From Auanema rhodensis (Eukaryota > Animalia > Nematoda), in the NCBI GenBank assembly GCA_964057225.1, contig OZ059894.1, positions 12,772,001 through 12,836,000 on the forward strand: 64,000 nucleotides of DNA. Direction: 5' to 3'. The notes under the pieces are model-generated. The model ran no database searches. It worked only from the letters and a program-made list of their open reading frames with translations, and had not been told where the DNA came from. Each line of letters starts with the position of its first letter. Within the stretch, counting starts at the first letter, position 1. Of the stretch, positions 43,301 to 55,042 are shown in pieces. The position numbers and the translations under genes are program-made.

Positions 43301-46300
43301 AATGAACGGATGAATTGTTTCAAAACTATTGTAAAAATATGAGATTGTTTCAAAATACGTGATTAAATGAAGAAAATGGAGTAAAATGAATTGGAAAATT
43401 ATAAAATATTTCCATGTTTTATTTTCTTAGTATCAGAAAATTCAAATTAAGATCGTTTTCAATGTTTCAAATCTTAATGAACGAATTAATCGTTTCAAAA
43501 CTATTGTAAAAATATGAGATTGTTTCAAAATACGTGATTAAATGAAGAAAATAGAGTAAAATGAATTGGAATATTATAAAATATTTTCATGTTTTATTTC
43601 TTGAGTATCAAAATATTCAAACTTTTTTTTTTCACTGTTTAAAATCTTAATGAACGAATGAATTGTTTCAAAACTATTGTAAAAATATGAGATTGTTTCA
43701 AAATACGTGATTAAATGAAGGAAATGGAGTAAAATGAATTGGAAAATTATAAAATATTTTCATGTTTTATTTCTTGAGTTTCAAAATATTCAAACTTTTT
43801 TTTTTCACTGTTTAAAATCTTAATGAACGAATGAATTGTTTCAAAACTATTGTAAAAATTTGAGATTGTTTCAAAATACGTGATTAAATGAAGAAAATGG
43901 AGTAAAATGAATTGGAAAATTATAAAATATTTCCATGTTTTATTTTTTTAGTATCAGAAAATTCAAATTAAGATCGTTTTTAATGTTTCAAATCTCAATG
44001 AACGAATGAATTGTTTCAAAACTATTGTAAAAATATGAGATTGTTTCAAAATACGTGATTAAATGAAGAAAATGGAGTAAAATGAATTGGAAAATTATAA
44101 AATATTTTCATGTTTTATTTCTTGAGTTTCAAAATATTCAAACTTTTTTTTTTCACTGTTTAAAATCTTAATGAACGAATGAATTGTTTCAAAACTATTG
44201 TAAAAATTTGAGATTGTTTCAAAATACGTGATTTAATGAAGAAAATAGAGTAAAATGAATTGGAAAATTATAAAATATTTTCATGTTTTATTTTTTTAGT
44301 ATCAGAAAATTCAAATTAAGATCGTTTTTAATGTTTCAAATCTTAATGAACGAATGAATTGTTTCAAAACTATTGTAAAAATATGAGATTGTTTCAAAAT
44401 ACGTGATTAAATGAAGAAAATGGAGTAAAATGAATTGGAAAATTATAAAATATTTTCATTTTTTATTTCTTGAGTATCAAAATATTCAAAATTATATCTT
44501 TTTTACTGTTAAAAACATTATTAACTGGATGATTTGTTCGGAAATTATTGTAAAAATATGAGATTGTTTCAAAATACGTGATTAAATGAAGAAAATGGAG
44601 CAAAATGAATTGGAAAATTATAAAATATTTTCATGTTTTATTTCTTGAGTATCAAAATATTTAAACTTTTTTTTTTCACTGTTTAAAATCTTACAGAACG
44701 AATGAATTGTTTCAAAACTATTGTAAAAATTTGAGATTGTTTCAAAATTTGTGATTAAATGAAGAAAATGGAGTAAAATGAATTGGAAAATTATAAAATA
44801 TTTCCATGTTTTATTTTCTTAGTATCAGAAAATTCAAATTAAGATCGTTTTTAATGTTTCAAATCTTAATGAACGAATGAATTGTTTCAAAACTATTGTA
44901 AAAATATGAGATTGTTTCAAAATACGTGATTAAATGAAGAAAATGGAGTAAAATGAATTGGAAAATTATAAAATATTTCCATGTTTTATTTTCTTAGTAT
45001 CAGAAAATTCAAATTAAGATCGTTTTTAATGTTTCAAATCTTAATGAACGAATGAATTGTTTCAAAACTATTGTAAAAATATGAGATTAATTCAAAATAC
45101 GTGATTAAATGAAGAAAATGGAGTAAAATGAATTGGAAAATTATAAAATATTTTCATGTTTTATTTCTTGAGTTTCAAAATATTCAAACTTTTTTTTTTC
45201 ACTGTTTAAAATCTTAATGAACGAATGAATTGTTTCAAAACTATTGTAAAAATATGAGATTGTTTCAAAATACGTGATTAAATGAAGAAAATGGAGTAAA
45301 ATGAATTGGAAAATTATAAAATATTTTCATGTTTTATTTCTTGAGTTTCAAAATATTCAAACTTTTTTTTTTCACTGTTTAAAATCTTAATTAACGAATG
45401 AATTGTTTCAAAACTATTGTAAAAATATGAGATTGTTTCAAAATACGTGATTAAATGAAGAAAATGGAGCAAAATGAATTGGAAAATTATAAAATATTTC
45501 CATGTTTTATTTTCTTAGTATCAGAAAATTCAAATTAAGATCGTTTTTAATGTTTCAAATCTTAATGAACGAATGAATTGTTTCAAAACTATTGTAAAAA
45601 TATGAGATTGTTTCAAAATACGTGATTAAATGAAGAAAATGGAGCAAAATGAATTGGAAAATTATAAAATATTTTCATGTTTTATTTCTTGAGTTTCAAA
45701 ATATTCAAACTTTTTTTTTTCACTGTTTAAAATCTTACAGAACGAATGAATTGTTTCAAAACTATTGTAAAAATTTGAGATTGTTTCAAAATACGTGATT
45801 AAATGAAGAAAATGGAGTAAAATGAATTGGAAAATTATAAAATATTTCCATGTTTTATTTTCTTAGTATCAGAAAATTCGAATTAAGATCGTTTTCAATG
45901 TTTCAAATCTTAATGAACGAATTAATTGTTTCAAAACTATTGTAAAAATATGAGATTGTTTCAAAATACGTGATTAAATGAAGAAAATGGAGTAAAATGA
46001 ATTGGAAAATTATAAAATATTTCCATGTTTTATTTTTTTAGTATCAGAAAATTCAAATTAAGATCGTTTTTAATGTTTCAAATCTCAATGAACGAATGAA
46101 TTGTTTCAAAACTATTGTAAAAATATGAGATTGTTTCAAAATACGTGATTAAATGAAGAAAATGGAGTAAAATGAATTGGAAAATTATAAAATATTTTCA
46201 TGTTTTATTTCTTGAGTTTCAAAATATTCAAACTTTTTTTTTCACTGTTTAAAATCTTACAGAACGAATGAATTGTTTCAAAACTATTGTAAAAATATGA

Positions 46301-49300
46301 GATTGTTTCAAAATACGTGATTAAATGAAGGAAATGGAGTAAAATGAATTGGAAAATTATAAAATATTTCCATGTTTTATTTTCTTAGTATCAGAAAATT
46401 CAAATTAAGATCGTTTTCAATGTTTCAAATCTTAATGAACGAATTAATCGTTTCAAAACTATTGTAAAAATATGAGATTGTTTCAAAATACGTGATTAAA
46501 TGAAGAAAATGGAGTAAAATGAATTGGAAAATTATAAAATATTTTCATGTTTTATTTCTTGAGTTTCAAAATATTCAAACTTTTTTTTTTCACTGTTTAA
46601 AATCTTACAGAACGAATGAATTGTTTCAAAACTATTGTAAAAATTTGAGATTGTTTCAAAATACGTGATTAAATGAAGAAAATGGAGTAAAATGAATTGG
46701 AAAATTATAAAATATTTCCATGTTTTATTTTCTTAGTATCAGAAAATTCGAATTAAGATCGTTTTCAATGTTTCAAATCTTAATGAACGAATTAATTGTT
46801 TCAAAACTATTGTAAAAATATGAGATTGTTTCAAAATACGTGATTAAATGAAGAAAATGGAGTAAAATGAATTGGAAAATTATAAAATATTTCCATGTTT
46901 TATTTTTTTAGTATCAGAAAATTCAAATTAAGATCGTTTTTAATGTTTCAAATCTCAATGAACGAATGAATTGTTTCAAAACTATTGTAAAAATATGAGA
47001 TTGTTTCAAAATACGTGATTAAATGAAGAAAATGGAGTAAAATGAATTGGAAAATTATAAAATATTTTCATGTTTTATTTCTTGAGTTTCAAAATATTCA
47101 AACTTTTTTTTTTCACTGTTTAAAATCTTAATGAACGAATGAATTGTTTCAAAACTATTGTAAAAATATGAGATTGTTTCAAAATACGTGATTAAATGAA
47201 GAAAATGGAGTAAAATGAATTGGAAAATTATAAAATATTTCCATGTTTTATTTTCTTAGTATCAGAAAATTCAAATTAAGATCGTTTTCAATGTTTCAAA
47301 TCTTAATGAACGAATTAATCGTTTCAAAACTATTGTAAAAATATGAGATTGTTTCAAAATACGTGATTAAATGAAGAAAATAGAGTAAAATGAATTGGAA
47401 TATTATAAAATATTTTCATGTTTTATTTCTTGAGTATCAAAATATTCAAACTTTTTTTTTTCACTGTTTAAAATCTTAATGAACGAATGAATTGTTTCAA
47501 AACTATTGTAAAAATATGAGATTGTTTCAAAATACGTGATTAAATGAAGGAAATGGAGTAAAATGAATTGGAAAATTATAAAATATTTTCATGTTTTATT
47601 TCTTGAGTTTCAAAATATTCAAACTTTTTTTTTTCACTGTTTAAAATCTTAATGAACGAATGAATTGTTTCAAAACTATTGTAAAAATTTGAGATTGTTT
47701 CAAAATACGTGATTAAATGAAGAAAATGGAGTAAAATGAATTGGAAAATTATAAAATATTTCCATGTTTTATTTTTTTAGTATCAGAAAATTCAAATTAA
47801 GATCGTTTTTAATGTTTCAAATCTCAATGAACGAATGAATTGTTTCAAAACTATTGTAAAAATATGAGATTGTTTCAAAATACGTGATTAAATGAAGAAA
47901 ATGGAGTAAAATGAATTGGAAAATTATAAAATATTTTCATGTTTTATTTCTTGAGTTTCAAAATATTCAAACTTTTTTTTTTCACTGTTTAAAATCTTAA
48001 TGAACGAATGAATTGTTTCAAAACTATTGTAAAAATTTGAGATTGTTTCAAAATACGTGATTTAATGAAGAAAATAGAGTAAAATGAATTGGAAAATTAT
48101 AAAATATTTTCATGTTTTATTTTTTTAGTATCAGAAAATTCAAATTAAGATCGTTTTTAATGTTTCAAATCTTAATGAACGAATGAATTGTTTCAAAACT
48201 ATTGTAAAAATATGAGATTGTTTCAAAATACGTGATTAAATGAAGAAAATGGAGTAAAATGAATTGGAAAATTATAAAATATTTTCATTTTTTATTTCTT
48301 GAGTATCAAAATATTCAAAATTATATCTTTTTTACTGTTAAAAACATTATTAACTGGATGATTTGTTTGGAAATTATTGTAAAAATATGAGATTGTTTCA
48401 AAATACGTGATTAAATGAAGAAAATGGAGCAAAATGAATTGGAAAATTATAAAATATTTTCATGTTTTATTTCTTGAGTATCAAAATATTTAAACTTTTT
48501 TTTTTCACTGTTTAAAATCTTACAGAACGAATGAATTGTTTCAAAACTATTGTAAAAATTTGAGATTGTTTCAAAATTTGTGATTAAATGAAGAAAATGG
48601 AGTAAAATGAATTGGAAAATTATAAAATATTTCCATGTTTTATTTTCTTAGTATCAGAAAATTCAAATTAAGATCGTTTTTAATGTTTCAAATCTTAATG
48701 AACGAATGAATTGTTTCAAAACTATTGTAAAAATATGAGATTGTTTCAAAATACGTGATTAAATGAAGAAAATGGAGCAAAATGAATTGGAAAATTATAA
48801 AATATTTCCATGTTTTATTTTCTTAGTATCAGAAAATTCAAATTAAGATCGTTTTTAATGTTTCAAATCTTAATGAACGAATGAATTGTTTCAAAACTAT
48901 TGTAAAAATATGAGATTAATTCAAAATACGTGATTAAATGAAGAAAATGGTGTAAAATGAATTGGAAAATTATAAAATATTTTCATGTTTTATTTCTTGA
49001 GTTTCAAAATATTCAAACTTTTTTTTTTCACTGTTTAAAATCTTACAGAACGAATGAATTGTTTCAAAACTATTGTAAAAATTTGAGATTGTTTCAAAAT
49101 ACGTGATTAAATGAAGAAAATGGAGTAAAATGAATTGGAAAATTATAAAATATTTCCATGTTTTATTTTCTTAGTATCAGAAAATTCGAATTAAGATCGT
49201 TTTCAATGTTTCAAATCTTAATGAACGAATTAATTGTTTCAAAACTATTGTAAAAATATGAGATTGTTTCAAAATACGTGATTAAATGAAGAAAATGGAG

Positions 49301-52300
49301 TAAAATGAATTGGAAAATTATAAAATATTTCCATGTTTTATTTTTTTAGTATCAGAAAATTCAAATTAAGATCGTTTTTAATGTTTCAAATCTCAATGAA
49401 CGAATGAATTGTTTCAAAACTATTGTAAAAATATGAGATTGTTTCAAAATACGTGATTAAATGAAGAAAATGGAGTAAAATGAATTGGAAAATTATAAAA
49501 TATTTTCATGTTTTATTTCTTGAGTTTCAAAATATTCAAACTTTTTTTTTCACTGTTTAAAATCTTACAGAACGAATGAATTGTTTCAAAACTATTGTAA
49601 AAATATGAGATTGTTTCAAAATACGTGATTAAATGAAGGAAATGGAGTAAAATGAATTGGAAAATTATAAAATATTTCCATGTTTTATTTTCTTAGTATC
49701 AGAAAATTCAAATTAAGATCGTTTTCAATGTTTCAAATCTTAATGAACGAATTAATCGTTTCAAAACTATTGTAAAAATATGAGATTGTTTCAAAATACG
49801 TGATTAAATGAAGAAAATGGAGTAAAATGAATTGGAAAATTATAAAATATTTTCATGTTTTATTTCTTGAGTTTCAAAATATTCAAACTTTTTTTTTTCA
49901 CTGTTTAAAATCTTACAGAACGAATGAATTGTTTCAAAACTATTGTAAAAATTTGAGATTGTTTCAAAATACGTGATTAAATGAAGAAAATGGAGTAAAA
50001 TGAATTGGAAAATTATAAAATATTTCCATGTTTTATTTTCTTAGTATCAGAAAATTCGAATTAAGATCGTTTTCAATGTTTCAAATCTTAATGAACGAAT
50101 TAATTGTTTCAAAACTATTGTAAAAATATGAGATTGTTTCAAAATACGTGATTAAATGAAGAAAATGGAGTAAAATGAATTGGAAAATTATAAAATATTT
50201 CCATGTTTTATTTTTTTAGTATCAGAAAATTCAAATTAAGATCGTTTTTAATGTTTCAAATCTCAATGAACGAATGAATTGTTTCAAAACTATTGTAAAA
50301 ATATGAGATTGTTTCAAAATACGTGATTAAATGAAGAAAATGGAGTAAAATGAATTGGAAAATTATAAAATATTTTCATGTTTTATTTCTTGAGTTTCAG
50401 AAAATTCAAATTAAGATCGTTTTCAATGTTTCAAATCTTAATGAACGAATTAATCGTTTCAAAACTATTGTAAAAATATGAGATTGTTTCAAAATACGTG
50501 ATTAAATGAAGAAAATAGAGTAAAATGAATTGGAATATTATAAAATATTTTCATGTTTTATTTCTTGAGTATCAAAATATTCAAACTTTTTTTTTTCACT
50601 GTTTAAAATCTTAATGAACGAATGAATTGTTTCAAAACTATTGTAAAAATATGAGATTGTTTCAAAATACGTGATTAAATGAAGGAAATGGAGTAAAATG
50701 AATTGGAAAATTATAAAATATTTTCATGTTTTATTTCTTGAGTTTCAAAATATTCAAACTTTTTTTTTTCACTGTTTAAAATCTTAATGAACGAATGAAT
50801 TGTTTCAAAACTATTGTAAAAATTTGAGATTGTTTCAAAATACGTGATTAAATGAAGAAAATGGAGTAAAATGAATTGGAAAATTATAAAATATTTCCAT
50901 GTTTTATTTTTTTAGTATCAGAAAATTCAAATTAAGATCGTTTTTAATGTTTCAAATCTCAATGAACGAATGAATTGTTTCAAAACTATTGTAAAAATAT
51001 GAGATTGTTTCAAAATACGTGATTAAATGAAGAAAATGGAGTAAAATGAATTGGAAAATTATAAAATATTTTCATGTTTTATTTCTTGAGTTTCAAAATA
51101 TTCAAACTTTTTTTTTTCACTGTTTAAAATCTTAATGAACGAATGAATTGTTTCAAAACTATTGTAAAAATTTGAGATTGTTTCAAAATACGTGATTTAA
51201 TGAAGAAAATAGAGTAAAATGAATTGGAAAATTATAAAATATTTTCATGTTTTATTTTTTTAGTATCAGAAAGTTCAAATTAAGATCGTTTTTAATGTTT
51301 CAAATCTTAATGAACGAATGAATTGTTTCAAAACTATTGTAAAAATATGAGATTGTTTCAAAATACGTGATTAAATGAAGAAAATGGAGTAAAATGAATT
51401 GGAAAATTATAAAATATTTTCATTTTTTATTTCTTGAGTATCAAAATATTCAAAATTATATCTTTTTTACTGTTAAAAACATTATTAACTGGATGATTTG
51501 TTTGGAAATTATTGTAAAAATATGAGATTGTTTCAAAATACGTGATTAAATGAAGAAAATGGAGCAAAATGAATTGGAAAATTATAAAATATTTTCATGT
51601 TTTATTTCTTGAGTATCAAAATATTTAAACTTTTTTTTTTCACTGTTTAAAATCTTACAGAACGAATGAATTGTTTCAAAACTATTGTAAAAATTTGAGA
51701 TTGTTTCAAAATTTGTGATTAAATGAAGAAAATGGAGTAAAATGAATTGGAAAATTATAAAATATTTCCATGTTTTATTTTCTTAGTATCAGAAAATTCA
51801 AATTAAGATCGTTTTTAATGTTTCAAATCTTAATGAACGAATGAATTGTTTCAAAACTATTGTAAAAATATGAGATTGTTTCAAAATACGTGATTAAATG
51901 AAGAAAATGGAGCAAAATGAATTGGAAAATTATAAAATATTTCCATGTTTTATTTTCTTAGTATCAGAAAATTCAAATTAAGATCGTTTTTAATGTTTCA
52001 AATCTTAATGAACGAATGAATTGTTTCAAAACTATTGTAAAAATATGAGATTAATTCAAAATACGTGATTAAATGAAGAAAATGGTGTAAAATGAATTGG
52101 AAAATTATAAAATATTTTCATGTTTTATTTCTTGAGTTTCAAAATATTCAAACTTTTTTTTTTCACTGTTTAAAATCTTACAGAACGAATGAATTGTTTC
52201 AAAACTATTGTAAAAATTTGAGATTGTTTCAAAATACGTGATTAAATGAAGAAAATGGAGTAAAATGAATTGGAAAATTATAAAATATTTCCATGTTTTA

Positions 52301-53489
52301 TTTTCTTAGTATCAGAAAATTCAAATTAAGATCGTTTTCAATGTTTCAAATCTTAATGAACGAATTAATTGTTTCAAAACTATTGTAAAAATATGAGATT
52401 GTTTCAAAATACGTGATTAAATGAAGAAAATGGAGTAAAATGAATTGGAAAATTATAAAATATTTCCATGTTTTATTTTTTTAGTATCAGAAAATTCAAA
52501 TTAAGATCGTTTTTAATGTTTCAAATCTCAATGAACGAATGAATTGTTTCAAAACTATTGTAAAAATATGAGATTGTTTCAAAATACGTGATTAAATGAA
52601 GAAAATGGAGTAAAATGAATTGGAAAATTATAAAATATTTTCATGTTTTATTTCTTGAGTTTCAAAATATTCAAACTTTTTTTTTTCACTGTTTAAAATC
52701 TTACAGAACGAATGAATTGTTTCAAAACTATTGTAAAAATTTGAGATTGTTTCAAAATACGTGATTAAATGAAGAAAATGGAGTAAAATGAATTGGAAAA
52801 TTATAAAATATTTCCATGTTTTATTTTCTTAGTATCAGAAAATTCGAATTAAGATCGTTTTCAATGTTTCAAATCTTAATGAACGAATTAATTGTTTCAA
52901 AACTATTGTAAAAATATGAGATTGTTTCAAAATACGTGATTAAATGAAGAAAATGGAGTAAAATGAATTGGAAAATTATAAAATATTTCCATGTTTTATT
53001 TTTTTAGTATCAGAAAATTCAAATTAAGATCGTTTTTAATGTTTCAAATCTCAATGAACGAATGAATTGTTTCAAAACTATTGTAAAAATATGAGATTGT
53101 TTCAAAATACGTGATTAAATGAAGAAAATGGAGTAAAATGAATTGGAAAATTATAAAATATTTTCATGTTTTATTTCTTGAGTTTCAAAATATTCAAACT
53201 TTTTTTTTTCACTGTTTAAAATCTTAATGAACGAATGAATTGTTTCAAAACTATTGTAAAAATATGAGATTGTTTCAAAATACGTGATTAAATGAAGAAA
53301 ATGGAGTAAAATGAATTGGAAAATTATAAAATATTTCCATGTTTTATTTTCTTAGTATCAGAAAATTCAAATCAAGATCGTTTTCAATGTTTCAAATCTT
53401 AATGAACGAATTAATCGTTTCAAAACTATTGTAAAAATATGAGATTGTTTCAAAATACGTGATTAAATGAAGAAAATAGAGTAAAATGA

Positions 53490-53494
53490 ATTGG
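53490..53494 (+). other. Left target-site duplication ATTGG
   Basis: ...GTAAAATGA-ATTGG|TGTGCG. The same ATTGG follows the 3' LTR at 63424-63428. Removing the element and one copy restores ATAGAGTAAAATGAATTGGAATATTATAAAA, an intact monomer variant seen e.g. at ~1792-1822. Confidence 0.95.
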
Positions 53495-54353
53495 TGTGCG
53501 AACGCACTCCATCTTTCCCATACTCTTTTTGGACAACGATGCACTTTATTCCCACTATTTTATTCACCTATGACTCATACGTGCCGCACACACACATGCA
53601 AGTTTATCCGATTACTCACCAGATGTTCCTTCATTATTGTCTCTTAAACACATCTATCCATCTTAACCTTTTATGTTAATCTTGTTCTCTTATTGCCTAT
53701 AGTCTATTTTAATCTTAAGAATTCGTTTAGCTTAATCAATAATCTTGTAAGTTGCAATCGAGGTCTAAATGGCTCATGACTCATTCGCCCACTCGCGCAT
53801 CCTGCAAAATCTGGGAGATGCCGCACAGGATAAGACATGACTCATCTACACTTAGCCTGCCCCCACAACTTACAGCAGAAGGCACATTCAATCTGTGGCA
53901 AAATGCTGTATTTTCTCTATATTCTATTCTATTCTAATATTCAGCCCACGTATCTATTATTCCTAGATTATTTTATATTTCATTTATTATATATTATTTC
54001 GTATTCTTGTTGTAAATTATTTCTCTATTTCTTCATGCCATCATTAATATGTATTGTATATCGCCCGGTAGAATTCGTATATAAGCTCGCAGCTTTTCCC
54101 ATTCTTCACCTCTTGATCCAACGACCGCTCCAAGCGTCGTTCTGCTGTTGCTGCTGCTCCATATTACTTTGTATTCTTGCTTCGTATTGTGTTCATCTAT
54201 TTTTCTATTTTTTGTCACTGTTGTCTTTACCAGTTCTCTCTGAATAAATCGTTGTCCAAGTAACCTAGCGTTCTCGTTCTCTACACTTCAAATCCACTGA
54301 ACCACCCATGCCTGTTTTACGCTCTCCTACTTCAAAGGATTCCAGTCAAAACA
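53495..54353 (+). repeat. 5' LTR (859 bp)
   Basis: Starts TGTGCGAACGCAC and ends CAGTCAAAACA. By eye it is identical to 62565-63423 except C53794 vs T62864. Confidence 0.97.
54078..54084 (+). promoter_or_regulatory. Candidate LTR TATA box (copy at 63148-63154)
   Basis: CG-TATATAA-GC lies ~165 bp upstream of the AATAAA, giving a plausible U3-R-U5 layout. Confidence 0.55.
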
Positions 54354-55042
54354 TGGTGCATGAGGCCGAGGCTTCCGATACCTCTCGGGCCAACGCTTGG
54401 ATCGCTAGGTGTACTTCGTTTTTGACTAAGCTTCAAAAACAGGACGGACGAAGAAAATCTTTCATGACTCGTCAAATCAATCTCCAGTCAAACAAAATGA
54501 CCTGGATGATTGAACTTCGTGAAAAAGAGATGCTGGCTATTGACCTTGACATCAACATGATCAACTCCCTCATTGAGGAGTTGAACAATATTACCGAAGA
54601 TCTTAACTCTGAAGATCAAGAGAGAATCCTCGCTAACGAGGATACTCTCCGGAGACACATATCCACCCTACGTGGATATACCTCCGCGCTAAGAGACCAA
54701 GTCTCTGCAATGCGAGCTCAAGACCCGGAAGAAGAACAAACTTCTTCTGCGCCGTCTGCCCAGCCCATTGCCAACATTCCGCTCACAACTGAAGTTCAGA
54801 GGCCAGACCTCACCCAACCGACTCAAGCTCAGTTGGGAAACGAACCGCTACCAATAGCGTACAGGGAGTCCTACAGACTGAGACCCACGGTCAAACCTGT
54901 AGACATCCCTAAGTTTGACGGAAATGTGAAGAACTGGCGCAACTTCTGGAGTTTGTTCAACCGACTCATCCACTCGGCTAACATACCGACAATCGAGAAA
55001 TTTAACTACCTACGTCAATCTCTTGAACGAAGACTCCTATGA
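54308..55042 (+). CDS. gag: Gag N-terminal part (coiled-coil region plus start of the BEL/Pao DUF1759 capsid-like domain), truncated by frameshift
   Basis: IPKFDGNVKNWRNFWSLFNRLIHS...EKFNYLRQSL matches the BEL/Pao Gag DUF1759 pattern (LPxFxG...W..FW..F...IH...KF.YL). A heptad-rich helical region lies upstream. The start could be ATG 54308 or ATG 54353. Confidence 0.85.
   Translation: MPVLRSPTSKDSSQNMVHEAEASDTSRANAWIARCTSFLTKLQKQDGRRKSFMTRQINLQSNKMTWMIELREKEMLAIDLDINMINSLIEELNNITEDLNSEDQERILANEDTLRRHISTLRGYTSALRDQVSAMRAQDPEEEQTSSAPSAQPIANIPLTTEVQRPDLTQPTQAQLGNEPLPIAYRESYRLRPTVKPVDIPKFDGNVKNWRNFWSLFNRLIHSANIPTIEKFNYLRQSLERRLL
54354..54371 (+). promoter_or_regulatory. Primer-binding site, tRNA-Gly(GCC)-like
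   Basis: TGGTGCATGAGGCCGAGG directly abuts the 5' LTR. The first 8 nt (TGGTGCAT) are complementary to the ...AUGCACCA 3' end of eukaryotic tRNA-Gly(GCC); the match beyond that is imperfect. Confidence 0.7.

Larger units (their letters stand above)
1..53494. repeat. AT-rich tandem satellite array, ~307 monomers of 173/175 bp (mean ~174), head-to-tail, with higher-order structure; runs off the left edge of the window
   Basis: The C of the anchor ACTATTG recurs at 2, 175, 350, 523, 696, 871, 1046 (steps of 173 or 175). Class A carries CAAAC-T10-CACTG (173 bp), class B carries CAGAAAATTCAAATTAAGATCG (175 bp), class C carries AAAATTATATCTTTTTTACTG...GGATGATTTGTTTGG (175 bp). The first monomer has 34 G+C in 173 nt. 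No ORF >=60 aa in the track. Confidence 0.99.

Noticed and set aside
1-53494. CRISPR-like array (conserved block alternating with variable block)
   Set aside because: The variable parts are only three recurring, mutually homologous classes, not unique spacers. The unit is ~174 bp, there are no cas genes and the context is eukaryotic.
1-53494. Array as a pure assembly artefact
   Set aside because: Monomers carry ordered diagnostic variants and private SNPs, and HOR phase is preserved across the insertion with a correct TSD. Exact copy number still needs read support.
53491-53937. 61-62-aa ORFs at the LTR start (and their 3' LTR copies)
   Set aside because: Non-ATG starts, one spanning the satellite/LTR junction, and no coding features. 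They are duplicated only because the LTR is.
55023-55025. TTG as an independent start codon for the 2502-aa ORF
   Set aside because: It falls in the middle of the Gag DUF1759 domain, so the ORF is the frameshifted continuation of 54308-55042.
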